In this document: one piece after another, positions 26,941 to 41,525 of the stretch | How the letters are laid out: the number at the start of each line of letters is the position of its first letter | How positions within the stretch are numbered: position 1 is the first letter of the stretch | DNA from: the human T2T-CHM13v2.0 reference genome, Homo sapiens | Reading direction: 5' to 3' (one strand) | DNA: 64,000 bases | Assembly (NCBI RefSeq): GCF_009914755.1 | Contig: NC_060928.1 | The notes under the pieces: model-generated | Seen by the model: the letters and a program-made list of their open reading frames with translations, nothing else | Told to the model about the DNA's origin: nothing | Database searches by the model: none | Translations under genes and position numbers: made by a program

Positions 26941-29695
26941 AGGAAAAGCTACAAGCTACAAGGTAAGCCCCTCTCTTGTTATGATAGAAGCTGCAAAATG
27001 AAACCAGACATGTTTTCTTTCCTTAAGAACCTATCTACTCAGGCAATTATAAACAGTAGAAAGTCTGAAATATTTAATGTGAAAACTTAAAAAAATAGTC
27101 TAAGAGATCACAAAGGGAAAGTTTAATTCTCTCTGATTAGAGATTGACTTCCCAGAGATGGTAGTATATGAACCGGGGCTTGGAGAGTGAACAGAATTTG
27201 AACGTGCCCAGAAGTGTTTCTTGAGAGGAGATCAACATGGCTACAGCGTTAGCCATAGGGAAGGGCAGGATGTTTACATCAGAAATAGTGAGGGCGGTTG
27301 GAAACAAAGGACTGGATATAGAAAAGAACCTGGCATCTGAGATACCTCTTCATAGGTGTGATAGTTACAAGTCTAGGATTCCATAACATCACTGAAGGAA
27401 GTACTGTCAAGCAAAGGTTCTAAACATGGAACCAGGAACTTTGTGAACCCCCCTGAAATTGTTGGCTGAAATGTGTGAGCATGTATGTGAGTGTAGGTGT
27501 GTGCAAGTGTGTAAGAGTGTGTGTTCTGTTTCTATCAGAGTGTGTGTGCCAGGAGGGGCACAGTCATCTGAGTGTCTTTTTCTGGAAAGAATGTCCGTGG
27601 ACCATGGGTGACCATTGGTTTTCTATGGGTTACAAAACCTGTGACAAGGTGCATAACCACTACATCTAGAAAGAGAAGGCAAAGAACATACCTTAGGAGT
27701 TACATAGATAAAGTAGATTTGGTGAAGGCTGGAAGAAAATGGCCAGAGAGAACCATGAACATCTACTATTACAGAGGGCAAAGAGAGAAGTTATTTAAAG
27801 CATGGAATGACAGGCCAACTGTGCCTAAGGAGGATGAGATATCAATAAACAGATGAGTTCCACCAGGTGTGTTCATCTATGTTCTCTTGGGTTACCTGGA
27901 AATCATTTGCAGACTTTAATGGATGCTTTACATGATTAGGAACAGTCAAACAAATGCAATCACAACTGAAAACAAAGCCCTATTTAAAAATGATCCACAA
28001 GATGGCACTGTGGGCCAATAAGAATATTCATCTGGTTTTCACAGTGAAATGTTTCTCGTTCATTCGTTTTTCTCTATCTTTTGCTAATATACTGCAGCCT
28101 GATCCCATACCTTATTTGTCTATTAAAAACCCTGGCATTTGAAAATAATATTCCTAATTTTTATGATTCCTGCTTACTCTTTATATAATCCTCAGTAGAG
28201 TTTGGAAAACCTTCATTTAAATTCTGGTTTCAATACAGGAAGTTGGATCTTATTTCTAATATACTGAAAACCCTTAGAAGGCTGTGTGTAGTCAATGCCG
28301 GAATTTATTGGTCCTTGGGGAGCTTCGAGATTGGGAAAGACAGGAGGGAAATAAAGGGAAAAGAGAGAGAAGGACTCTAAGTTTGATCAGAAAAGCAGAG
28401 AACACAAGTTTCAGCCATGATTAGCCTGGCAAGAACATAAAGCACCCAGGAAATCCACATAGGTGTAGTGTTGCTTCCAAGAAAAAGAATCTCATTCTGG
28501 GGAGTGTGTTAGCTAGGGCTTTCACTTTGAAACATGCATTATTTATTTGTTATTATTATTATTATGCAGAAAGAACAACAAATGGCTTAAATTAGGCACC
28601 AAGACACAGGAGTTAAAATGTGTCCTTTTGTCAAAGAGAATCATAATGCAATCTTACCCGTATATGGCATGTAACTATATAGTTTACAAAGAGCTTTTAT
28701 ACGTTCATCATCTTGCTTGATTCTCAAAACCACCCTGTGCGTGGGAAAGGTCACCAACCCCACTTCACATATCAGGACACTGAGACCTTGGATATGTTCA
28801 GAGACTTGCTCAAGGACACACAAGCAGGACAAGCTGGCAGAGGAATCTAAGTCTTCAATTTTCTTCTCTGCAAAATGGGGTTAATGGCGCTTACTGTCGC
28901 AGAAGTGTGTTAAACATAACCACATAGTAAAAGTCTAGACAGAGAATCAGTAAATGTTAGCTGGTTTCATTATTCATAAAAAGAACATTACAATGTCTAT
29001 TTCCAATGATATATATTTTAAAGATATTTAGTTGCAACAATAGAAACCACTTATCTTGCTAACTTAACTTGCCAACAATCTGCTAAATTACCTTCCGTAT
29101 TTCCTCCACGTGCCCATTGTTCATGGGCAATAAAAAAGGAATTTATTGGAAGGACACAGAAGAGCTTCAGAATCACAGGAAGAGCAGAATAATGTGGCTT
29201 TGGAAAATACAGGACACAGGAGAGAGGCTGGCTAACCTCAGGGTACATGTATACGCCATAGTGAGGGGAGGCAAGGATCCCTGGCTGATAGTCAGCCAGG
29301 GGGACAAGTTCCCTGAAAGGGAAATTGGGATGCTATTTTAGAAGAGAAGAAGAAATAAGTGCCTGGTAGGAAAAAAAAAAAAAAAAAAACATGAAATGCC
29401 ACTGCACAAAGTATTTCTAGAATGAAGGAGACCTTAACGTCACTTTACGTAAAGCTAATGATAATGACCGATGTTTATTTAGCACTTATGTGTCAGGCAC
29501 TGTTACATTTATTCACTCATTTAGTCCTCGTGATAACCCTATGAAGCAAGCAGTATTATTAGTCTCATTTTACATGGGAGAAAACGAAGGCACATTTGAC
29601 CAGAGTAGCAGAGCTGAGTTAAAAACCCATCTAGAGCTCATAACAAAAGACAACAACAGTGTTTAGAAGATTGTTGTAAAAATCAAAAGAGTTAA

Positions 29696-29777
29696 TCTTA
29701 GATAGAAATATGAAATTGCTGGTGTTTATCCATTTTTGGCCTAGAAAAACAGCCGCTGCATATGACTCTACCTAATA
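29696..29777. mobile_element. MADE2-like mariner MITE within a MIR
   Basis: About 80 bp with degenerate terminal inverted repeats: ttagatagaaatatgaaattgc ... gcatatgactctacctaata. Confidence 0.65.
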
Positions 29778-31129
29778 CCTTTACAGCAATCAGAACAGTG
29801 CTAGAACTTAGTGCCTGATGATGTTTCTCATTGTTACTAGATTATCCTGCCTGTCTATAGGCAATGGGCTTTAAAAACTATTAAAGTGTGCAGGTCCATT
29901 GTCATTTAAACTGGACTGGGTTGGGGTAAAGCCCAGGAAGGTGTCTTTTGTCTAGTGCCACATTGCAGTTTTCTAAGGAGCTAAGGAGCAAGTTAGGCAT
30001 TGTATTAGGTTTTATTATTATTATTATTATTTGTGATTTCTATGTGTCTATGCATCTCCTTCGGATCTTTCTTCTCATACATCAGCTTACAGCTTATTCT
30101 TTGGGACTGGGAGCACAGCGAGAGGTCATTGTTTCATGGCAATGCAACAAGAAGTGGAGAAGCCCTGCCTTACCATTCAAAGCTGGATCCCCTCTCCCTC
30201 CTCCGTTCACCCCATGCCCCATGCTTCTTGCCCTGATGTGTCTCTGAAAGCATCCTGAAGAAATCAATTGCATGACCAGAGCTGGAAGTGTCTCTGGGAG
30301 CTGTTTAGTTCAACCTATTTATCAAAGCTGTTTATCAATGAGGAAGTGGGCTCAGCTAGTCAAACAGCTGCAAAAAAGGTCGGGGGGCTGGTTTACATCT
30401 AGGAGGAATTGTGGAGGACCAGTACCAGCCCGGAGTCCTCTGAACCCCAGATTAGGTGGAAAAATCAGTGACTACACCGTTCACTGCAGGTCCAAGCACA
30501 CAGCTCCACACGCCACCCTGAAGGAGAAAAATAAGTGCTGCAGGCACATTTCCATTCTTTTCTTTCAAACACAATCCTCTCTCCAATCTGCCTGAAGAAG
30601 AAAGGCCATGCACGAGCCACAGGTTACTTATTTTCTGGAAGGATAAATGTGGGCCTGTTTCCAGTAAAAGTGACTTCCAAGAAGCATGAGCCTTCTTGAA
30701 TACTGACCCACTTCCGGATGTGATCCTGGCTGCGGCAGTTTCCAGAATATCATCAGGGTAACTTTCCCGCTGTGCGGTCTATGTTGGAACTTACATCGTC
30801 TTTAAAAGGCACAAATAGCTGAATAACATAATGTAACCTGATGTTCTGACAACCCCACTTATACTCAGGCTAAATTTAAAGGTCACCATTGCAGGGAAAT
30901 AGTGGCATGAGAATAAAAGTGCCTTAAACATGGATTTCACTGATGTTTCCTCATTTCAAAATTCTTACGCTGTAAAATAGAGGCAAAATGGCCTGTGAGC
31001 TTGAAAATATATGTAAGTGAAGAATCCATTTCTTGGGAACAAGGTGGTTTTAGGAAAAATTGTAAAATAGGTAGACACAAGTGTACAGTAGCCAAAGTTT
31101 ATCTTAGATGTTCTCTGTAAAATCGTGCT

Positions 31130-31530
31130 TATTCATTCTTTTCCTTTGTATTTACCAAATGCCTACTATGTGTCAGGAATTGTGCTAAGCCCTGTGATCA
31201 AATGGCATGGGAGACAAACAATCCCTGCTTTCACAGAGCTCACAGTTTAGCAGGGAAGAAAGACATGGAAATAAATAATTATAACAAAGTGAGATGAAGG
31301 TGGCGAAAGAGGAAATGCATTTGGGAGCACACAGCAGGGGGGCCTGTAATAGTCTAAAGGTGTGGACAGCACTTTCTCCTGATGAGGTAATGCTTTACTG
31401 AAAGCTAACACATCAGTAGAAGAAAAGCATTTAAGGAAAGGGGAAAGTGTAATACAGATCAATGGGACAGCAGAGCTAGAAGCTAGGAGAGGCAGAAGAG
31501 CAGGCCACAGCTGGGACTAAAGATAACCTG
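31130..31530. mobile_element. L2 LINE 3' fragment
   Basis: tgcctactatgtgtcagg...tccctgctttcacagagctcacagtttagcaggg. Confidence 0.65.
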
Positions 31531-31680
31531 GAGCAGAACTGGCAGACTACTGCCCACTGGCCACATCCTGCCTGCTGCCTATTTTTGTAAATAAAGTTTT
31601 ATTGGAATACAGCCACATACATTTGTGTACTTATGGTTTATGGCAGCTGCTGCCATACAATGGCTGAGTTGATTAGCGTG
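31530..31680. mobile_element. MER58-like hAT relic
   Basis: gctgcctatttttgtaaataaagttttattggaatacagccac. Confidence 0.75.
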
Positions 31681-32419
31681 TGGCAAGTATCATAGTAGGC
31701 CCTTGATAAATAGTTGTCTGTATTCTCCCCATTTTACAGGTAAGAACATTGAAGGGAAATGGCTTAAGGAAGAACAGAAAGTTCCTATCTTCTTAGGAAA
31801 GGGCTCATTGTTCTTTGGCCTTGAAACAATTGCCAGACATGGTTTTAAACTTTTCCTAATTGGTCATTAGCTATTTTGCATCAGCACAAACACTGCTGAA
31901 AGTCATCCAATCAGCAAGACTGTCACTCAGGCATACAGCTAAATATTACCCAATCTGTAAGTACCCCTACTTCTGAGAAATTCCATGAATCCCTGAACTC
32001 CATACATCCCAAATAAATATATATAGCCAGCTCTCAGCTGTGCTCAGAGAGACTGGGCTTTACAAGTTGTTTTTCTCACTGGTTATTATGGCCTCTTTTT
32101 TGGAATACCCAAAATGAGTGAAGGAACTGAACTGGGATTCAATTCCGGACTATCTTCTTTCAAATCCCATACTCTCTTGTCTACTCTTCTTCTCTTAGAG
32201 TTTTGAATGCATGCTGCTGGTGTTAGTGGAGACGATGGTAGCTGGGTAGCTGGTACACAATATTGGCATTAAATAACATCACATAGGAAGGAAGTCATTT
32301 CCTTCTCTACCTTCAATTCTGTTTTAATCCTTCTTCATATACCCAAGATAAACTCTCAGTTGAGAGATAGTACACATAGCAGTTAACAAAACAGGCTCTG
32401 GAGCCAGATTTTCTACTAC

Positions 32420-32940
32420 TATTTTAGTTATCTATTGTTGGATATGAAACTAGCCCCAAACTTAGAGATGGAAGACACCAATAAAAATTTATTATCTTGC
32501 ACATATCATGTGGGTCAGGAATGAAGAAGTGTCTAAGCTTGGTGGTTCTGACTCAGCATCTCTCATGAGATCATAGTCATGATGTTAGCCAGAGCTGGAG
32601 TCATCTGAAGACTTGAGTGAGCAGGAGGATTCTCTTCCAAGAATGCCCCCTCCCATGGCTTGCAAGTTGGTGCTGGCTGCTGACAGAGGCCTCAGTTTCT
32701 TGCCTTTCCATAGTGCTGCATGAATGTTGTCATGACGTGGAAGCTGGCTTCCTTGAAGTAGCTGATGCCAGAGAGCAAGGCAAAAGGAACAATATCTGTT
32801 ATGATCTATCCTTGAAAATCACACAATATCACTTGTGTGTGCTTTGGTCACAAATACACTATGGGAGCTGACTACACAAGGGAGTAAATACCAAGAGGCA
32901 AAGACCACTGGGGGTCAGTCACCTGGGAGGCTGCCACTAC
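32420..32940 (-). mobile_element. MLT1-type MaLR LTR inserted in a MIR
   Basis: tattttagttatctattg...gtgggtcaggaat...gtcatctgaagacttga...; MIR pieces on both sides. Confidence 0.7.
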
Positions 32941-34184
32941 CACTTACTAGCTCTGTAATGTTGGGAAAATTATTAAACTTCACTGTGCGTCAGTCTCTCT
33001 ACCTATAAAGTGAGAATAATAATATAACCTACCTCATATGCAAGGTTTTTTTTTGAGAATTAAATGAGGTAATATCAGTAGGGCCTATGAAAGAGTGCTT
33101 AGAACTGAGTGCATACTAAGAAATGTCCACCGTTAGTACTTTGATAACTGTCTAATCCTGTAATCCAGTGTTACTCAAAGAGACAGTACTTCTTGAGATC
33201 AGGAGTCTGACACAGCAATGTAAATCAATGCCTTGCTTTCTTCATTGAAGAAGTCATAAATTTGTTTTTAATGTCAGTTGTAATATTGTATATAGTGATT
33301 TAGTTAATTTACATTTGGAGCAAGCTTATTAAGTGTTTGTAAACTAAAAAAGCAGTTTGTAGGCCAATAATCTGTCCATAAACCACACTTTGAGTACTGC
33401 TTTCAACACTTGCTAATCTTTTGTTAACATAAGAGTATAAGGAATAGTCCTTAATGGCATCATTTTCTTTTCTTTTCTTATCTTCTAAATTTCTCAAAAT
33501 ATAGAGGGAGGTGGGTAAGAACAGATAATTTTATGCAACTGATAATGTGCTATCAAAATGCAGAAGGATGGGAAGAATGAGCTAAGAGGAATAGATATTT
33601 ACAGGCAAAGAAGTTTTGGAAAGTCATGGAAGGGAAGAATTCATCTTTGTAATGGCAAATGGCTGTTTTTATCCATTTATAGACATGTTATAAATTTTTT
33701 CTTTTAAATAATCTTATATCTTAGCCTGGGTTCTCCAAAAGCAAAGCCCAAGACGAAGGTTCTCATATGGGCTAATCCTCTGGAAAATGATTTCAGGGAG
33801 CAGAAATTTGGGAGTAGATCAGGAAGCAGATACAAGAATGAGTTGTTGAACTGGCCTCTGCTGCGAGGGTGGGAGTTCGGTCTCACCAGGATGTTCTGAG
33901 GGCCTTTTGAAATCCTTATGTCCCTGGGAGATGAAAGAGAAAAACATTTATCCATCGGCTTCTTTCCTTCCATTAGTCAAAGATGGTCCCCTGGTCACCA
34001 CTCTCTTTTACTTCCAGGATGCATGTTGCATGTAAGTGTTCTATGGGTTCCAAAAGGGAGTGGGCAGCAGTGTGGAATTCCAAGCTAGGCAACAAGAGGT
34101 ATGTGGTCTAGCTAGAGGCCAAGAGCTCTTTGGTTATTTCTTTGCAGAGCTAGGAAAAGTCTGCTGCTTAGAACTTTCAGAGTT

Positions 34185-34488
<304 letters not shown>

Positions 34489-35865
34489 TCAGAGTCACGG
34501 CGATCACAAAATACAACAAAATAAGACTCAAGAAGATTTCTGTGGATAAGGAATGTTCAATAGAATCCATTAAAATAAAAAAGCACATTTTGAAAATATA
34601 AAACATTAAGTAGGGACTTTGAGTTTTAGCTCAAGCATGTAAACAGCTAGGAAGCCATCATTCCCGTCTTTAAAAGAAAAGCTGGACAAATTGAAAATCA
34701 GTGACTTTTCCTGGAATCATCAGGGAAGTGTGATTGCACAACAAGCTGCCAGCTTAACACGGTAGAGAGACAGGTGCATCCAGAGATTTGCTTACCTAGA
34801 GGGAAGCTACTAATGCCATACACTGGGGAATATCTAAGTGGTAATTTAAATGAATTACCAGAGATACAATGAGAGAATGGGAAACTGGTGGAGGTCTCCA
34901 AACTTTCAATGGGCCTTCCCTCTAGGAGCCACATCGAGTTCTCATGATGGGGAGACTGAGAAAAACCTCCTTGAGGCTCTGGCAGTGGAAAGGGAGAGTA
35001 ACTATTGTGAAATAAGCTCAGAGCCTACTTGGTGAAGAAGGGCAGCTCTCCTAAAAATAACTTTAATGGAAACTTATTCTAGCTGGAATGAGGAAATTCC
35101 TCCCCACTCCAGATCCCATTGGCTTTCCTGTCCCTCCTGAGGAGAAGAAAACTCATAGTCATCAGAGGACAGGGCTTCAAGGAAATAGAGTTGGAATGCT
35201 GAGGCCAGAGAGGGATGCCAAGGGGCATGGCAGAAATTTATATCATGGAAGAAATACTTGTGAAGGTCATGATCCCAAGACCCAGGCACAAGAAAAGTCT
35301 GAGTTTTAATCAGAAGATGGTAAGATGCTCTCTCTCGCTGATATCTGGTGACCCCACCAACAAGGATGCAGTATCACGGTGGATTGCAGCTGAAAGAACT
35401 GCAAGGCACTCTCTCTGAGGAAGAGCATACAGGGAAGGCCAAAGTTAAGAGGGAAGACAAAAAGAATGACACTAGAGGAATCTGAATTGTCAGCAGCTAC
35501 AGCTACAAGAGAATGTGGAGCAGTGACAATAGGTATAACTTCTGTGTGGTGGAAATGCAAGAAGGCAAAGAAAGGGAGAATAGAGCAGAAAATATATGTA
35601 AAGTAATCATGTCCAAGAACTTTCCAAAATTAATGACAGACATCAAACTACAGATCCAGAAAGCTCAGAAAATATCAAGCAGGATAAATATCAAAAAGTC
35701 TACACCTATGTATATCATATTCAAACTGCAGAAAAGCACAGATGTAGAGAAAATCTTGAAAGAAGTCAGGGGAAAAAAGCACCTCATCTATAGGAGAAGT
35801 GAGGATAAGATTTACATCAGACTTCTTATCAGAAAGCATGCAAGGAAGAAGAGAGTACAATGACA

Positions 35866-36872
35866 TATTTATTTATTTATTTATTTATTTATTTTTTATA
35901 GATTTTTTTTTCTTTCTTTTTTTTATTATTATACTTTAAGTTTTAGGGTACATGTGCACAATGTGCAGGTTAGTTACATATGTATACATGTGCCATGCTG
36001 GTGCGCTGCACCCACTAACTCGTCATCTAGCATTAGGTATATCTCCCAATGCTATCCCTCCCCCTCCCCCCACCCCACAACAGTCCCTAGAGTGTGATGT
36101 TCCCCTTCCTGTGTCCATGTGTTCTCATTGTTCAATTCCCACCTATGAGTGAGAATATGCGGTGTTTGGTTTTTTGTTCTTGCGATAGTTTACTGAGAAT
36201 GATGATTTCCAATTTCATCCATGTCCCTACAAAGGACATGAACTCATCTTTTTTTTATGGTTGCATAGTATTCCATGGTGTATATGTGCCACATTTTCTT
36301 AATCCAGTCTATCATTGTTGGACATTTGGGTTGGTTCCAAGTCTTTGCTATTGTGAATAGTGCCACAATAAACATACGTGTGCATGTGTCTTTATAGCAG
36401 CGTGATTTATAGTCCTTTGGGTATATACCCAGTAATGGGATGGCTGGGTCAAATGGTATTTCTAGTTCTAGATCCCTGAGGAATCGCCACACTGACTTCC
36501 ACAATGGTTGAACTAGTTTACAGTCCCACCAACAGTGTAAAAGTGTTCCTATTTCTCCACATCCTCTCCAGCACCTGTTGTTTCCTGACTTTTTAATGAT
36601 TGCCATTCTAACTGGTGTGAGATGATATCTCATTGTGGTTTTGATTTGCATTTCTCTGATGGCCAGTGATGGTGAGCATTTTTTCATGTGGTGTTTTTTG
36701 GCTGCATAAATGTCTTCTTTTGAGAAGTGTCTGTTCATGTCCTTTGCCCACTTTTTGATGGGGTTGTTTTTTTCTTGTAAATTTGTTTGAGTTCATTGTA
36801 GATTCTGGATATTAGCCCTTTGTCAGATGAGTAGGTTGTGAAAATTTTCTCCCATTTTGTGGGTTGTCTGTT
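35866..36872 (-). mobile_element. Young 5'-truncated L1 (L1PA2-like), about 1 kb
   Basis: Minus ORF 36244..36738 is the ORF2p C-terminus with the zinc knuckle [18 protein letters not shown]; 3' UTR reads gctagatgacGAGttagtggg (GAG, not the Ta ACA diagnostic). Confidence 0.95.
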
Positions 36873-36887
36873 TAAAGTGTTGAAAGA

Positions 36888-37225
<338 letters not shown>

Positions 37226-40200
37226 CTATATCCAATGAAATAATTCTGAAAAAAGAAAGGAGGAATAAAGAATTTCTTAAACAAAGACAGGAAATTCATT
37301 ATTAGCAGAACTCTCTTGCAACAAATGTTAAAATATATTCTGCAGGGAGAAGAAAAATGATATAGTTCAGTGACTTGGATCTACATAAAGAAAGGAAGAG
37401 TGACAGAGAAGGAATAGATGAAGGTAAAATAAAATTTTTTCTATTTCCTATTCCTAATCCACCTAAAAGATAACTGTCAGTTTGAAGCAGCAATAGTATC
37501 AATGTATTGGGTGATACTAGCATATATGGATAAGTGAAATGAATGACAGCAATGTCACAAGAGACAGACAGGAAGGAATTGGTAATACTTTGTTATAAGA
37601 TTATAAGATACTTGCATTACTTATGAAGTGATGTAGAGCTATAATTAATTATGAATGTGTATCACTTAACTCAGGGCAACCACTCAAAAAGAAGTTAAAA
37701 TGGAATCATACTCAAAATGGATCATAGATTTAAATGTAAAATGCAAAACTATAAAATTCCTGGAAGATAACATAGGAAGAAATCAGGTTGACCTTGGGTT
37801 TGGTGATGAGATTTTCAATACAACAGCATGATCCATGAAATAAAAAATTGATAATTAGACTTCATTAAAATTAAAAACTTCTGCTCTGTGAAAGACACTA
37901 AGAGAATGAAAAGACAGATCACAGACAGAGTAAAATCCTTGTAAAAAACATATATATTAAACGGCTGGTAATAAAATTATGCAAATAACTCTTAAAACTC
38001 AACAATAAGAAAAGCAATGTAATAAAAAAAATCAGCAAAATATCTGAATAGACATCTCACCAAAGAAGATATGCAGATGGCAAATAAGCATAAACAAAGG
38101 TGCTCAACGTCACATGTCATTAGGGAATTGTTAATTAAAATGAAAATGAGACACCCCCATATGCCTCTTTGAATGGCCAAAACCCAAAACACCAACAACA
38201 CTAAATGCTGACAAAGGTGTGGTACAGCAGGAACTCTCATTTATACCAAGTGGGAATGCAAAATTGTACAGTCACTTTGCAAGATGCTTTGGACGTTTCC
38301 TAAAAACTAAAGTTATTCTTATCACATGATCCTGCAATCATGCTTTGCTTTTTGGCATTTTTTGTACATGAATTGAAAACTTATGTCCATGTAAAATCTT
38401 GTACATACAGTTTTCTAGTAATTTGATTCATAATTGCCAAAATATGGAAGCAAAAAAACTGTGGTACATCCATATAATACTATTAATACTATCCAATAAT
38501 AGTGGATAGTATTCATAATAGTATCTAATAATACGATCCAATAATATACTATGATTCAGTGATTTTTAAAAAATGAGCTATCGAGTCATGAAAAGATATG
38601 AAGAGTCCTTAAATGCTGAACTAGAGAAGCCAGTCCGAAAAGGCTACATATTGTATGATTCCAACTATCTCACATTCTGGAAAAGGCAAAACAGTAAAAA
38701 GAGAAATGATTGCCAGGAGTTAGGGGGAAGAAAGGAGTGAATAAGCGAACAGGGTTTTAGGGCAGTGACAGTATTCTGTTTGGTACTATCATGGTGGATA
38801 CATGTCATTATACATTTCTCAAAACCCACAGAATGTTCAACACCAAGAGTTGAAACCAGGACTTTTGGTGGTCATAATGTGTTAGCGTAGGTTGATTGAT
38901 GGTAACAAATATCCCATCTGGAATGGATGTTGACAGTAGGGGAGGCTGTGCCTGGGTGGGGGTATGGGACATAGGGAACAGTCTGTACTTTCTGCTCACT
39001 GTCGCTGTGAACATAAAACTGCTGCAAAAATTATAGTCCATTAATAATAAAAAGGACACTAGGTATAAACTAATACGGTGTGAATAAAGTATGGAGTTTA
39101 ATAACGAGTTATCAACATTGCTTCATTAGTTGTTGTAAATGTACCACAGCAATGTAAGAGGTTAACATGGGGGACCCTGGGTGACTGTGGGGCAGGAATA
39201 TTCTTTGCAATTTTTCTGAAAATGTAAAATGATTCTAAAGTTTTTTTTTTTTTTTCAAATGTAAAGAATGAAAGGGAAAGAAAGAAAAAGAGAGAGAAGT
39301 TTTTCAATGTATGGCACATTACTTCATTTTAATAAAAATAACAGAAGTGATATTTAATTCTCTAATTTCATTGTGTGTCAGACACGTGTGCTAAATACTT
39401 TGTACAGATCTCACTTAAGCATAACACAACCCTGTGAGTGGATACAGTTCTCCCCCATTTACAGGTGAGGAATCTGATTTTCAGGTCAAAGGAACTTGCC
39501 TAGCAAGCTCTTTTTACCCTCTCTGTGCTTTTGTTTCTGTATTCTCCTTTCTAAATGAAAGGAGACCATAGCTGGGTTGCTGTAAAAATGAAGTGAGACA
39601 CGTTTTTACAGCAGTGCTTTGAATGGAGAAGTACCATGTTGCTGATAGTTATTATCAGTATCATCATTATCATCATTATTTAGATATATTGGAAGAAAAT
39701 CACTTAATATCTTAAAGCTCAGTTTCCTTAGTGTAAAATAGGAATAACTGTCTCACCAGTCTGCTGGAAGGACAAAATGAGTTCTGTTAGGTGAATATTT
39801 CTCAGCTTCAAGCACCCTAAAAAGAGTCATAATGACATGAAGGTTCCTTCTACCCTGGATGTCCAGCCCTGTCTCTGCGCCATTGCTTCTCTTTCCATCT
39901 CCCCTGTAGGGTTGGTTGGTTGGAGACAAATCCTTTCTCAGACCAAGGGGAGACATCCAACCCTGGGACTTTAGATAGTACTGGCTCTACTTTTTCTCCA
40001 GGGTTATTAAACCTGAACAAAATGTGAAGGAAAGGAAAGCCTTCCATGGAAGTTCTACTCCTGATGCATGTTTACTTTCTTGCTTAAAGCTTGAGGATGC
40101 TGTACAGGATAAATTCGCTGACTCTTCTGTTTAAGAATGAGGATCAAAAGCTCTTCCCCCATCTACAGCAGAACCAGCAGACAGGTTGTTCTTTATGCTG

Positions 40201-40877
40201 GCATTCTGGAGGCTGGGGTTGAAATGGCCTCTGAGGCTGTATTCAGGCTCGTGGGAGTGCCAAGAAGCCTTCCGGGGGCACTGGAGGGGAAAGTGATCCA
40301 GGTGAATTGTCATCTTTGGCCAGTGGGACAAACTCTTCAGCTTTGCAGTTAAGACCTCTCTTCGACTTTGCAATCTTCCTTCTACTTCTCCCACCACAAA
40401 CCTGCTCCTTCAGGCAACTAGATTACTTACTGATCCTCCAACAGAGTGTCTCATGAGTTTGAGATAGCTTCCTGAATTAGTTCAATGGTACCCAGCCCCA
40501 AGGAAGTCTTTCTCAATAATATAGCCAACTGGCTGATGGCTGTGAATTGTTTTTGTAGTTTATTATCTGGATTAGTTCCTATCTAATGAGTAACTCCTGA
40601 AGTGCAGGCATGCAAGTTGTATCCGTCTTTTTCTGTGGACAGTAGAAGCCCCTTTCCTGTTGAGAACTGCCCTCCTCTACTCTGTGGGTTTCTGGGCGGC
40701 TGTACACCATGTGGCCGCTGCTCCCTGTGACAGACTCAGTGATTGTACCAGGGGTGGGCAATGAGAGATCCCTTCAGAGTTCACATGAGTGCTAAGGAGA
40801 TAAAGGTCAGGTTCTTTTATTTTGCAAATAGAAGGAACATGCTTGAGAATGAAACTAGATAATGGAAAGTGCCCAGC

Positions 40878-40938
40878 AGAGAAAGAGAGAGAGACAGGGA
40901 GAGACAAACAGAGAGATGTGGAGAGAGACAGAGCTACA

Positions 40939-40971
<33 letters not shown>

Positions 40972-41015
40972 ACCCAGAGCCAGAGCTACAGACACACACA
41001 CACATACACAGAGAG

Positions 41016-41049
<34 letters not shown>

Positions 41050-41360
41050 CTACACACACACACACACAGACACACACACACACAGAGCTACACACATACA
41101 CAAAGAGAGAGACACACACACAGATGTGGAGAAAGATACAACTACTGACACACACACACAGAGCTACAGACACACACACACACAGATGTGGAGAAAGATA
41201 GAGCTACCGAGACACACACACACACGCACACAGAGACAGAGCTACAGACACACACACACAGAACTACACACACAGAGAGAGAGAGAGAGAGAGAGCTACA
41301 CACACACACAGAGACACACACACACACAGAGACACACACACACAGATGTGGAGAAAGAGC

Positions 41361-41397
<37 letters not shown>

Positions 41398-41525
41398 AGA
41401 GACAGAGCTACAGACACATACACACACAGCTACACAGAGACAGAGAGAACTACAGAGAGAGACAGGGAGAGAGACAGAGCTACAGACACACACACACACA
41501 CAGAGAGACAGAGACCAGACAGAGA
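40878..41525. repeat. Compound CA/GA-rich tandem array punctuated by gagctaca and gatgtggaga motifs
   Basis: Direct observation; it generates the spurious His/Thr and Val/Cys ORFs. Confidence 0.95.

Noticed and set aside
36244-36738. 164-aa ORF as a host gene
   Set aside because: It is the L1 ORF2p C-terminus of a 5'-truncated, non-autonomous insertion
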